DNA of 64,000 nt. Source: Mobula hypostoma. Taxonomy: Eukaryota. The first letter of the stretch is position 1. Each line of letters starts with the position of its first letter. The DNA lies in NCBI RefSeq assembly GCF_963921235.1, contig NC_086097.1, positions 224,690,001-224,754,000 on the forward strand, in the 5' to 3' direction. A program made the position numbers and the translations under genes. Below the pieces are notes generated by a model, which worked only from the letters and a program-made list of their open reading frames with translations, ran no database searches and had not been told where the DNA came from. Below, piece after piece: positions 48,795 through 61,265 of the stretch.

Positions 48795-50253
48795 AATGGG
48801 TGGAAGTCAGGAACAGGAAGGGAGCAGTTACTCGATTGGATGTATTCTATAGGCCCCCTGGTAGCAGCAGAGATACCAAGGAGCAGACTGGGAGGCAGAT
48901 TTTGGAAAAGTGCAAAATTAACAGGGTTGTTATCATGGGTGACTTTAACTTCCCTAATATTGATTGGCACCTGATTAGTTCCAAGGGTTTAGATGGGGCA
49001 GAGTTTGTTAAGTGTGTCCAAGATGGATTCCTGTCACAGTATGTTGACAGGCCAACTAGGGGGAATGCTATACTAGAACTAGTATTAGGTAACGAACCGG
49101 TCAGGTCAGAAATCTCTCAGTGGGTGAGCATCTGGGGGACAGTGACCACCGCTCCCTGGCCTTTAGCATTATCATGGATTTTAGTAAGGCATTTGACAAG
49201 GTTCCACATGGTAGGCTTATTCAGAAAGTCAGAAGGCATGGGATCCAGGGAAGTTTGGCCAGGTGGATTCAGAATTGGCTTGCCTGCTGAAGGCAGAGGG
49301 TCGTGGTGGAGGGAGTACATTTGGATTGGAGGGTTGTGACTAGTGGTGACCCACAAGGGTTGGTTCTGGGACCTCTACTTTTCGTGATTTTTATTAACGA
49401 ACTGGGTGTGGGGGTAGAAGGGTGGGTTGGCAAGTTTGCAGATGACACAAAGGTTGGTGATGTTGTAGATAGTGTAGAGGATTGCCGAAGATTGCTGAGA
49501 GACACTGATAGGATGCAGAAGTGGGCTGAGAAGTGGCAGGATACTTGGTAGTGTGGAGGAGCAGAAGGATCTGGAGTACATGTCCACAGATCCCTGAGAG
49601 TTGCCTCACAGGTAGATAGGGTAGTTAAGAAAGCTTACGGGGATGTTAGCTGTCATAAGCCGAGGGATAAAGTTTAAGAGTCGCGATGTAATGATGCAGC
49701 TCTATAAAACTCTGGTTAGGCCACACTTGGAGTACTGTGTCCAGTTCTGGTCCCCTCACTATAGGAAGGATGTGGAGGCATTGGAAAGGGTACAGAGGAG
49801 ATTTACTAGGATGCTGCCTGGTTTAGAGAGTATGCATTATGATCAGTGATTAAGGGAGCTACGGCTTTACACTTTGGAGAAAAGGAGGATGAGAGGAGAC
49901 ATGATAGAGGTATACAAGATAATAAGAGGAATAGATAGAGTGGACAGCCAGCACCTCTTCCCCAGGGCACCACTACTCAATACAAGAGGACACGACTTTA
50001 AGGTCAGGGATGGGAAGTTCAAGGGGGGATATTAGAGGAAGGTTTTTTACTCAAAGAGTGGTTTGTGCGTGGAATGTACTGCCTGAGTCAGTGGTGGAGG
50101 CAGATACACTAGTGCAGTTTAAGAGACTACTAGGCAGGTATATGGAGGAATTTAAGGTGGGGGGTTATATGGGAGGCAGGGTTTGAGGGTTGGCACAACA
50201 ATGTGGGCTGAAGGGCCTGTACTGTGCTGTACTATTCTATGTTCTATGTTCTA
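48795..50253 (+). mobile_element. CR1 LINE with two internal deletions
   Basis: APE segment (YRPP…IMGDFNFPNIDW) joined directly to DFSKAFDKVPH; GKFADDTK; (TTCTATG)n tail. Same subfamily as 17665-18335. Confidence 0.9.
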
Positions 50254-50380
50254 TAAGAGAGGTTTAGGTTACTGGCTTCCGAAGGTAAATGTTTTCTCGG
50301 GAACCTTCTTGGTTTGGAGGAACACGCCCCTAAGAAAACCTCCAACCTGTCAATCATTTCAGCTGGCTCCTCCCCTCCCC

Positions 50381-51402
50381 TGTGACTAGTGGTGTGCCAC
50401 AGGGATCAGTGCTGGGTCCATTGTCCATTGTTATTTGTCATCTATATCAATGATCTGGATGATAATGTGGTAAATTGGATCAGCAAGTTCGCTGATGATA
50501 CAAAGACTGGAGGTGTAGTAGACAGTGAGGAAGGTTTTCAGAGCCTGCAGAGGGACTTGGACCAGCTGGAAAAATGGGCTGAAAAATGGCAGATGGAGTT
50601 TAATACTGACAAGTGTGAGGTATTGCACGTTGGAAGGACAAACCAAGGTAGAACATACAGGGTTAATGGTAAGGCACTGAGGAGTGCAGTGGAACAGAGG
50701 GATCTGGGAATACAGATACAAAATTCCCTAAAAGTGTCGTCACAGGTAGATAGGGTTGTAAAGAGAGCTTTTGGTACATTGGCCTTTATTAATCAAATTA
50801 TTGAGTATAAGAGCTGGAAAGTTATGATGAGGTTGTATAAGGCATTGGTGAGGCCGAATCTGGAGTATTGTGTTCAGTTTTGGTCACCAAATTACAGGAA
50901 GGATATAAATAAGGTTGAAAGAGTGCAGGGAAGGTTTACAAGGATGTTGCCGGGACTTGAGAAACTCAGTTACAGAGAAAGGTTGAATAGGTTAGGACTT
51001 TATTCCCTGGAGCGTAGAAGAATGAGGGGAGATTTGATAGAGGTATATAAAATTATGATGGGTATAGATAGAGTGAATGCAAGCAGGCTTTTTCCACTGA
51101 GGCAAGGGGAGAAAAAAACCAGAGGACGTGGGTTAAGGGTGAGGGGGAAAAGTTTAAAGGGAAGATTAGTGGGGGCTTCTTCACACAGAGAGTGGTGGGA
51201 GTATGGAATGAGCTGCCAGACGAGGTGGTAAATGTGGGTTCTTTTGTAACATTTAAGAATAAATTGGACAGATATGTGGATGGGAGGTGTATGGAGGGAT
51301 TTGGTCCGTGTGCAGGTCAGTGGGACTAGGCAGAAAATGGTTCGGCACAGCCAAGAGGGCCAAAAGGCCTGTTTCTGTGCTGTAGTTTCTATGGTTTCTA
51401 TG
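50381..51402 (+). mobile_element. CR1 LINE 3' portion (young)
   Basis: ORF 50389-51231 with YINDLD, SKFADDTK and YKALVRPNLEYCVQFWSP; (TTTCTATGG)n tail. Confidence 0.92.
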
Positions 51403-51809
51403 CTTTCTCAGTCTAATTGATTGATCTCTCAGTCCTCCTTCCAATGTGGTTTCACTCGACCTTGATGGATCCTCTTATTGTTGGACTTCCTCAGAGGCAA
51501 GCCAGCTTCCTAACTGGAGAAAATTCCCATTGTTCATGTTTGTACAGATTGGGGTTGCTGGGTTCTTTCGTTGCTTTCAGTCTCACTTATACTTCCTCTG
51601 CCTTACAATCTACTTAGGGGCAATAATGTCTAAGAAATCCGGTTTAAATGTTTACTCTCCTTGCCGGGGGGTGGGGAAGAGGTATAAATTAATTCTTGTG
51701 TTTTCAGATGAGTGACATTTTAAGACTTGCCAATGGGGTGTATAGAACTATAGACGACTATAGATTATTCTACTATCCCAGTTATCTAAGTTAAAATTCC
51801 ACAAGTACA

Positions 51810-52346
51810 CAGTACTGTGCAAAAGTCTTAGATAGACATATATAGATACAGACATTGATATAGATAGATAGATAGATAGGGTGCCCAAGATTTTTGGACA
51901 GTACTGTATTTGTCAATATGGAGCGGAGAGCAAGTTTGAAAATCTGGTGGGAATAAAGGATATTGGGAATGCGTGGTTGGAAAACCGTGGGAGGGGTGTG
52001 GGATAGGTGGCAGAGAAGGAGTGCCAGAGATGGAAATGGCGCAAGTGCAGAAACACCCAGCCCTCAGACACTAGGCAAGACCATTTGATTCCAGACAACT
52101 GGTTTATTGATCATTACAGAATGTCTCTCTGCTGCTTCCTGCTCCCTCCCCTCTCCTTGCCCCCTTCCCACTCTCAGTCCACAGTAGAGACGCATATAAG
52201 AATTAGCTTTATCATCACTCACATATATCATGAAATGTGTTTTTTATGGCAGCTGTAGAGTGAAAAACATAAAATTACTATAGTACTGTGTGAAAATCTT
52301 AGGCACCCCAGCTATATATATGTGTCTAAGTCTTTTGCACAGTCTG
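51810..52346. mobile_element. Tc1/mariner-type MITE with doubled terminal hairpins
   Basis: A CAGTACTGTGCAAAAGTCTTAG motif occurs four times in alternating orientation (51810, about 51885-51906, about 52281, about 52326-52346). Confidence 0.7.
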
Positions 52347-52553
52347 AATGTCCTTCTTTGAATTAAAGGAAGCGAAAACATATGCAAATTGCAGATAACT
52401 GTGGCATTATTGAAAGAGGGGAGCTTCTATCAGCCTGTCTATTTGGTGCAGTAGTTATCTGGTGGACTAGTGTTCCAGTTCATCAGGAGACACTGCAATA
52501 CTGAACTGCAGGATCTCCAGTCAAACTTCAGTGGCAGCCTGCCCAATCTAATA

Positions 52554-52897
52554 AGGTGGCACTATAGCGCAGAGGGAGGCTAGTGCACCAGCCTAGGGCA
52601 CCAACAGCGCCAGCTATTGGGTTCAATTCCCACAAATGTCTATACAGAGTTTTAACATTCTCCCTGTGAGCCTGTGACCCTGTGGTTATCCTCTGGGTGT
52701 TCCAGTTTCCTCCCACATTCCAAACATGTACAGGTTACTATGTTGTGGGCATTACTGTTGCCAGAAGGGTGGCAACACTTACGGGCTGCCCCCAGCACAT
52801 ACTCAGATTGTGTTGGTCTTTGACCCAAACGAAGTTTTCATGATATGCTTTGATGTTTTGTACATATGACAAATAAAGCTAATCAATCTTTATCTTT
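52554..52897 (+). mobile_element. tRNA-derived V-SINE variant
   Basis: B box GGGTTCAATTCCC, V-domain CCAGTTTCCTCCCACATTCCAAA and an AATAAAGCTAATC…(TCTTTA) tail. Confidence 0.7.
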
Positions 52898-52974
52898 AGC
52901 TATAAAACATTATCCTGATAATTCGCATTACCATGGCTTAGGTTGCTATAAGAAATTGTTAGTTCTCCAATAAC

Positions 52975-54284
52975 ATCCTTCATGAAAGGAGGAAGGTAGT
53001 AGAAAGGAAATTATAGATGAATTAGCCTGTTGACGTCAGTTGTTCAGGATGAGATTATGGAGTACTTGGTGACACAGGACAAGATAGTACAAAGTCAGCA
53101 TGGTTTCCTTCAGGACAAACCTGTTGGAATCCTTTGAGCAGATTACAAGTAGGATAGATAAAGGGGATGCAGTGGATGTTGTATATTTGAACTTTCAGAA
53201 GGCCTTTGACAAGGTGCCACACATGAGGCTGCTTACCAAGTTAAGAGCCTATGGTATTACAGGCAAGTTACTGGCATGGTTAGAGGATTGGTTGATTGGT
53301 AGGGGGCAATGAATGGGAATAAAAGATTCTTTTCTGGTCGACCGCCAGGGACTAGTGGTGTTCCGCAGGGGTTGATTTAGATGATGGAATAGATGGCTTT
53401 GTTGCCAAGCTTGCAGATGATACGAAGATTTGATGGACGGGTAGGTAGTGTTGAGGAAACAGGTAGACAGCAGAAGGACTTAGACAGATTTGGAGAATGG
53501 GCAAGAAAGTGGCAAATGAAATCCAATGTTGGAAAATGCATTGTCATGCACTTTGGTAGTAGACTATTTTCTTAACTGGGAGAAAATGCAAAAATCTGAG
53601 GTGCAAGGGGACTTGGGAGTTCTTTTGGAGAACACCCTAAAGGTTAACTTGCAGGTAGCATTGGTGGTGAAGAAGGCAAGTGCAATGGTAGCCTTCATTT
53701 CAAGATGTCTAGAATACAAGAGCAGGGATGTGATGCTGAGGCTTTATAAGGGACTGGTGAGACCTCACCTTGAGTATTGAGAACCGTTTTTGGCTCCTCA
53801 TTTAAGAAAAGATGTGCTGGCATTGGAGAGGGTTCAGAAGAGTTTCATAATGATGATTCTGGGAATGAAAGGGTTATCATATGAGGAACGTTTGAAAACA
53901 GTTCAGTACTCTGGGTCTGTACTCACTGGAATTTAAAAGGATAAAGGGGGGATCTCATTGAAACCTTTTGACTGTTGAAAGGCATAGACAGAGTAGATGT
54001 GGAAAGGATCATTCTCATGGAGGGATAATCTAGGACAAGATGGCACAGTCTCAGGATAGAGGGGCATCCATTTAAAACAGAAATGCGGTCATTTAGCCTG
54101 GTCATTAGGTGTATTTAAGGCAGAGCTTGATAGGTTCTTGATTGGATATGACATCAAAGGTTATGGGGAGAAGGTCAGGGCATGTGGCTGAGGAGGGAAA
54201 GAAAGGCTCAGCCATGATAGAATGGCAGAGCAGACTCAATGGGCCATATGACCAAATTCTGCTGCTATGTCTTATGGTCTTATG
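52975..54284 (+). mobile_element. Degenerate CR1 LINE
   Basis: ORFs 53100-53312 (NFQKAFDKVPH) and 53526-53780 (YKGLVRPHLEY); TCTTATGGTCTTATG tail. Confidence 0.88.
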
Positions 54285-54639
54285 AACTTTGTGAGCCTTG
54301 TTTTGGCCCATTATCATTGAGTCGTCTGTTGCAACATGGTTAATAAGATTGTGATGGTGTACCAATGAGCAAGAGTGCAGTGAGGGAGTGAGAGGAGTGA
54401 AGAGAGTATTGTGCTTGTTGCATGGTGACTGATCATCAGCTTTAGTATGCAAATCAGTGGAAGTCACCTACTCTCAGTGAGGTAAAAATGCATCAGAATG
54501 CATGGGTACACAAGAGACTAGTGAAGAAGATGCATTGATACATCCCCGCAAGAGAAATAAAACCGTATGTTTAAGTCGAGGGTAAAGTTAATGTGTTCTG
54601 CGCTCGGGCTCCTCGACCATGTACTCACTCAGACTCGCT

Positions 54640-54844
54640 ACCTTCCGGGGCTGTTGTACTCTTCCCCCTCCCCCTATCTTCTTATTCTACTTATTTCTCC
54701 TTGCTTTCCAGTCTTAATGAAGGGTCTTGGCTGAAACATTGACTGTTGGTTTCTTTTTATAAATGCAGTTTGGCCTGCTGAATTCCTCCAGTATTTTGTG
54801 TGTGTTGCTCTGAATTTCCAGCATCTGCAGAATCTCTTGTGTTT
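54640..54844 (+). mobile_element. Diverged PLE-terminus fragment (decayed hammerhead plus extension)
   Basis: CCAGTCTTAATGAAGGGTCTTGGCTGAAACATTGACTG…GTGTGTTGCTCTGAATTTCCAGCATCTGCAGAATC, homologous to 771-908. Confidence 0.75.
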
Positions 54845-54934
54845 ATACTCTAGAAAATTCCTGTTTAATAATCAGATCGTGAACTCAAAAGACAAAAAAA
54901 AAATGTATAAAACATGTTTTCCATGTAAGTGATT

Positions 54935-57900
54935 GAGGTTGAGGCAGTCTTGAGGAGGACTTCATAGATAGCTTCCATGATAGCTTTCTTGAATAGCATG
55001 TTACTAAACCTATAAGGGAATGTACGATCTTGGATCTGGTCTTGTGCAATGAGACAGGTAAAATTAGCAATCTTGTAGTTAGGGACCCTCTTAGAAAGAG
55101 TGATCTCACCAGGACTGAGTTTCTCATACAAATGGAGGGTGCAATAGCTCAATCTAAAACCAGTGTATTATGCCTAAACAAGGGAGACTACAATGGGATG
55201 ATGGAGGAGTTGGGTAGGGTAGACTGGAAGCACGGGCTATATGGTGGGATGGTTGAGGAACAGTGGAAGACTTTCAAAGAAATTTTTCACGGTGCTCAAC
55301 AAAAGTATATTCCAGTTAAAAGCAAGGACAGTAAGTGTGGGGAGAGGCAGCCGTGGATAACTAAGGAAATAAAGGAAGGCATCAAACTAAAAGGTCGTGT
55401 GTACAAAGTCACCAAGAGTAGTGGGAAACTGGAAGATTGGGAAAACTTTAAAATGCAGCAAAGAACCACTAAGCGAGCAATAAAGAAAGAGAAGATAGAT
55501 CATGAAAATAAACTAGCACAAAATCTAAAAATGGATAGTAAAGTTTTTTATAATTATGTTAGGTGGAAAAGGATGACCAAAGTGAATGTGGGTCCCTTGT
55601 GATATTGGGTAATGAGGAAATGGCTGAGGCTTTGAATGACAATTTTCTGTTGGTTTTCATGGTGGAGGTCATGCCGAGGAGAGATGATATGGATGCGATG
55701 GGAGGTGAAGACCTCGATACAATAGCAATCACTAAAAAGGTAGTGCTGAGCAAACATGGGCCTAAAGATAGACAATTCCTGTAGTCCTGATGGAATGCAT
55801 CCCAGGGTACTGAAAGAAATGGCAGAGGTTATAGTTGAAGATTTGGTGATAAACTCTTTCGACTCTGGGCAGGTCCCGGTGGATTGGAAGAAGCCAGATG
55901 TCACACCACTGTTCAAAAAAGGATGTAGGCTGAAGGCAGGTGACTATAGGCCAGTTGGTTTAACATCTGCAGTTGGGAAAGTGCTTGAAGCTATCATTAT
56001 AGAAAAAATAACAGGGCATCTGGAAAGAAATAGATCTATCAGACAGATGCAGCATGGATTCAGCAAAGGCAGGTCCTGCTTGAGAAATTTCATAACACAT
56101 GCTGGTGATGATCAACCTGATTCTGATTCAGACTTACTGGAGTTCTTTGAGGATATAACAAGTGCAGTGGATAGAAGGGAACAGATGGACGTTATTCTAG
56201 ATTTCTAGAAGGCATTCAATAAGGTGCCACATAAAAGACTTATCCACAAGATAAGGATGCATAGAGCTGGGGGTGATGTACTAGCAGAGATAGTTCCTCC
56301 CACTGGTGGGTCAGAAAACTTCCTTTCCCTCAGCCTTTCAACGCCATCCGGTAAAGTGAACATCCTGAGTGTCTACGCTCCAACACTGGGCTCACCTCAA
56401 GAAACAAAAGATCAGTTTTACGAGGACCTCGACGCTACCATCAGCAAAATACCAGAATCTGAACACATCATCCTGCTTGGTGATTTCAATGCTAGACTCA
56501 GATCTGACCACAGCTCATGGCCAGACTGCCTCAGACACTTCTGCATTGGCAAGATGAACGACAATGGCCAGAGACTGCTGGAGCTTTGCTCCTATCGCAA
56601 GCTGTGCATCACCAACACATTCTTCAAGACAAATCCTCACCATAAAATCTCCTGGAGACACCCAAGGTCCAGACACTGGCATCAGCTGGACATGATCATC
56701 ACCAGAAGAGCTGCCCTCAACAGTGTGCTTCTAACATGCAACTTACACAGTGCAGACTGTGACAAGGACCATTCCATGGTGTGCAGCAAAGTCCGACTGA
56801 AACCAAAGAAGATCCACCCCACCAAGCAGAAAGGATGTCCACGCATCAACACCGCTAAGGCAGCGAACCCAGAACTTTGCACGAAACTCAACGACCACAT
56901 GGAACAGACTTTCAAAGTAAATACAGCCACAACCATGGAGGAGAGGTGGCAATTCATTTGTGACACCGTCTACAACACCACCATGTCATCCCTTCAGAAG
57001 AAGGAGAGGAAAAACCAAGATTGGTTTGAATCTCACCTGTCTGAGATGGAACCTGTCATCGATACCAAGAGAGAAGCTCTGATCAACTTCAAAAGAGACT
57101 CGTCAGAAAAGAATCTCACTGCACTGAAAACAACAAGAAACAACGCTTAAAGGACGGCTAGACGCTGTGCAATTGACTCCTGGCAGAGCCTGTGCCAGAA
57201 CATCGAGACCTGTGCTGACTGTGCCAATGTGCAAGGCATGTATGAGGGGATGAAGAAAGCCTTCGGGCCCACTGCTAGCAAGATTGCTCCTTTGAAGTCC
57301 AAGGACGGTGAAGTCATCAAAGACCGTGCCAGGCAGACGGAGAGGTGGGCCGAGCACTACCAGAATCTGTACTCCACTGAGACCATGGTCACTGAGTCAG
57401 CCCTTGCCAGTATCCCTGCCCTACCTGTCATGAAAGAGCTGGACCTACCCCCAACAGGTGAAGAAGTCAGCAAGGCCATCGACTCGCTTGCTCACGGCAG
57501 GGCAACAAGGTGAAGACGGCATCCCTGCAGAAGTGATCCAGTGCGAGAACCAGTGCTCCTAAGCCATCTTCACAAGTTGCTCTGCCAGAGCTGGGAGGGG
57601 GAATCAGTGCCCCAAGACATGCAAGCCGTAAACATAATCACATTGTTCAAGAATAAGGGAGATCACGACGACTGTAGCAATTACAGAGGCATATTCCTGC
57701 GCAATGTCATTGGCAAGGCGTTTGCCTGAGTGGTTCTGAAGTGACTGCAGACACTGGCAGAATGCGTCTACCCTGAGTCCCAGTGTGGCTTCGGAGCAGA
57801 GAAGTCCACCATCGACAAGATCTTCTCACTCAGGGAGCTACAGGAGAAGAGCCGGGAACAGAGACAGCCTTTGTACGTTGCCTTTATCGATCTGACCAAG

Positions 57901-60293
57901 GCTTTCGACCTGGTTAGCAGAAGAGGCCTCTTTGCACTCCTGAAGAAGATCGGATGCCCTTCAAAGCTGCTGAATCTCATCACCTCTTTCCATGACGGTA
58001 TGCAGGGGACAGTACAATTTGATAGATCACCCTCAGAGCCCTTCCCCATCCAAAGTGGAGTGAAGCAGGTTTGCATCCTTGCCCTGACGCTCTTCGGGAT
58101 CTTCTTCTCCCTCATACTGTTGTACACTTTCAGGACATCTGATGACGGAGTGTACCTACACACTAGATCCGACGGCAAGCTCTTCAACCTTACACGCCTC
58201 AGAGCAAAGATCAAAGTGCCTCAGGTCCTGATCCGGGAGATACTCTTCGCTGATGATGCTGTCCTGATGTCACACACACAGCCTGGTCTCCAGAGGCTAG
58301 TCAGTTCCCTGGCACATGCTTATCAAGAGTTTGGCTTCACCATCAGTCTGAAGAAGACAGAGATCATGGGCCAGGATGTCAACGAAGCCCGCAGCATCGG
58401 CAAACACACCCTGCAAGCGGTAGATAAATTCACCTACCTAGGATTGACAGTCTCTAGCAACCTGTCCTTCGATCCAGAGCTCAACAGGCGAATAGGGAAA
58501 ACTGCCGCTGCTATGGCCAAGCTGTCGAAGAGTGTGTGGTGAAACAACAAACTCACCACAGCCACCAAGATTGCAGTGTACAGAGCCTGCGTACTGAGTA
58601 GTCTTCTCCACGGCAGCGAGAGTTGGACAACCTACGCGTGCCACGAGCACTGCCTCAACAGCTTCCACCTATGGTGCTTGCGTCGGATCCTGGGCATTTC
58701 CTGGAAAGACCGCATGCCAAACAAGGACGTCCTGGACCAGGCCAGCATGCCAAGCAAGTATGTCTTTCTCACACAGCGACGACTGCGCTGGCTTGGCCAC
58801 GTCCGCCGCATGCAGGATGGCTGCATCCCCACGGATATCCTATACGGAGAACTTGCCGCAGGATCCCGGCCCATAGGGCACCCACTGCTGCGTTACAGGG
58901 CCGTTTGTAAACGTGACCTGAAGTCTGCTGATATCAGGGTGGACACTTGGGAAGAGACAGCTGCAAATCTCTGCACCTGGCGACAGGCTGTACGTACAGG
59001 CATTACCAGTGCAGAGGAAAAACGAACCCGACTGTGGTTGGACAGAAGAGAGAGAAGAAATGCTGAGGCAGTGACTACCCAGCCGTGGCCATCAGCCTTC
59101 GTGTGCAGCAGCCGTGCCAAGGTCTGTCACTCAAGAATTGGCTTATTCAGCCACAGCCGACGCTGTTCCACACCCAGTTGAGTCCTAAACCGGGCGCATC
59201 CATTGTCTACTTAGACAGAAGGAGCCATTAGAATTAGAGGATTGGTTAATTAATAGAAAGCAGAGAGTTGGGATACATGGGTGTTTCTCTGGTTGGCGAT
59301 CAGTGGTGAGTGATGTGCCACAGGGGTCGATGCTGGGCCTGCAACTGTTCACCATATACATTAACGATCTGGAAGAGGGGACTGAGTGTAGCGTATCTAA
59401 GTTTGCTGATGACGCTAAATTGAGTAGAAAAGCAAATTGTTCAGAGGATGCGGAGATACTGCGGTTAAGTGTGTGGGCAAGATTCTGGCAGATAGAGTAC
59501 AATGTTGGTAAACGCGAGGTCATCCACATTGGAAGGAAAAATAGTAAAAATTTGCAGCATGCTGCTGTGCAGAGGGACTTGGGAGTGATTGTGCATGAAT
59601 CACAAACGGTTGGTTTGCAGGTGCAGCCAGCTATCAAGAAGGCACATGGAATGTTGGCTTTCATTGCTAGAAGGATTAAATTTAAGAGCAGGGAGGTTAT
59701 TCTGCAACTGTATAGGATCCTGGTGAGGCTGCATCGGAGTACTGAATACAGTTCTGGTCTCCTTACTTGAGGAAGGATATATTGGCTTTGGAGGCAGTGC
59801 AGAGGAGGTTCACCAGGTTGATTCCAGAGATGAGGGAGTTAGACTATGGGAGAGATTGAGTCGCCTGGGACTGTACTCATTGGAATTCAGAAGGATGAGA
59901 GGAGATCTTACAGAAACATATAAAATTATAAAAGGGATAGATAAGATAGAGGCAGGAAAATTGTTTCCACTGGTAGGTGAGACTAGAACTGGGGGACATA
60001 GCCGCAAGATTCGGGGGAGTAGATCTACAATGGAGATGAGGAGGAACTGTTTCTCCCAAAGAGTGGTGAACCTGTAGATTTCTCTGCCCAATGAAGCAGT
60101 GAAAGCTATCTCAGTAAATATATTTAAGACAAGGTTAGTTAGATTTTTGCATAGTAGACGGATTAAGGGTTATGGGGACAAGGCAGGTTGGTACTGATGA
60201 GTCCGTGGTCAGATCAGCCATGATCTTATTGAATGGTGAGGCAGGCTCGACGGGCCAGATGTCCAACTCCTGCTCCTATTTCTTATGTTCTTA
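54935..60293 (+). mobile_element. CR1 LINE split by an RTE insertion
   Basis: ORFs 55030-55602 and 55756-56208 lie before the RTE; 59303-59770 (SKFADD) and 59856-60077 after it. Ends in a TTCTTATG tail. Confidence 0.9.
56294..59232 (+). mobile_element. RTE-clade LINE, 5'-truncated (APE-RT-C-terminal Zn motif), pseudogenised
   Basis: SVYAPT, LLGDFNAR, SWRHPRSRHWHQLD, FIDLTKAFD, SGVKQ, LFADD, RRLRWLGHV and CHSRIGLFSHSRRC. 3' hairpin TGTCT-ACTT-AGACA. Confidence 0.95.
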
Positions 60294-60611
60294 TTTCACT
60301 GATGAATATTCTTTATATTGTAATCATGTCAAACAATAATGCACCATTACAACTCCTTTCTCGCCACTGTCTCTGTGTAAATCAAAGTATTCATGGGCTC
60401 AGTATCTGTACAAACAATTCAGACCTAGAGCTCATATCATTTCATTATGAGGACACCTGATTCTACTTAGCCCACTTATCTGCTGCTGGAACAATACTTC
60501 CAGGAGATTAGGGAACATTTGTATGCCCTAAAGCTGTTACCTCTGTATATGCCAAGTTTCCACATGGTGATCACTTTTTAAGACATCCCCACATTGGCAA
60601 TGTCTCAAATA

Positions 60612-61265
60612 TTCAAAGATTCAAAGTATGTTTATTATCAAAAATGTATAAATTATACAGCCTTGGGATTTGTTTGCTCACTGGTAGCCACAAAGCAAGA
60701 ACCCTGAAAGAACCCAATTAAAGAAAGATAAAAATAAAAGACCAACACCTGTTGCACAAGAGCAAGAAAAAAAACACAAATCATGCAAACGACTGAAGTG
60801 AACAACAGCATTCCAAACCACACTGAGTCCTCAGATCCGAACCCTGGAGCATCCCAGAGTAGGCTCAAAGCCTCGCTTATCAGTTCATCATATTAACAGG
60901 CAGGGAGCACAGCAGCCGGCACAGTCTTCACCCTGTCTTTTCAGTCCAACTAGGCCGGCTTTTAAATTGACTAAACGACGGAACTGCAAAAGGCTCCAGC
61001 ACTCTGGAGAGAGGAGTGAACTTGGCGGAGAGGAGTGAAATCAGCTCTTGCCTCCGATCTGGGCCAGCATTTAAATTGTCTAAACAGTGGATTGTACCTC
61101 ACACTAGGACCTGGCGACTGTGAAAGACTCGGGGCCTAGAACACGCCGCCCAGTGACTCGCTCCAGGGTCAGATTTCAACGGCCAACCCAAAACTTCTCA
61201 TGATTTCTCCAAGTCACCTCACCGCCCAGAGTGATCCAATCTCGCATCCGGGGTTGTGAGCCAGA
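60612..61265 (-). mobile_element. Non-autonomous retroelement or LINE-tail fragment
   Basis: Minus strand ends in TTTGATAATAAACATACTTTGAATCTTTGAA, with a CpG-richer body; tail related to 11879. Confidence 0.45.
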
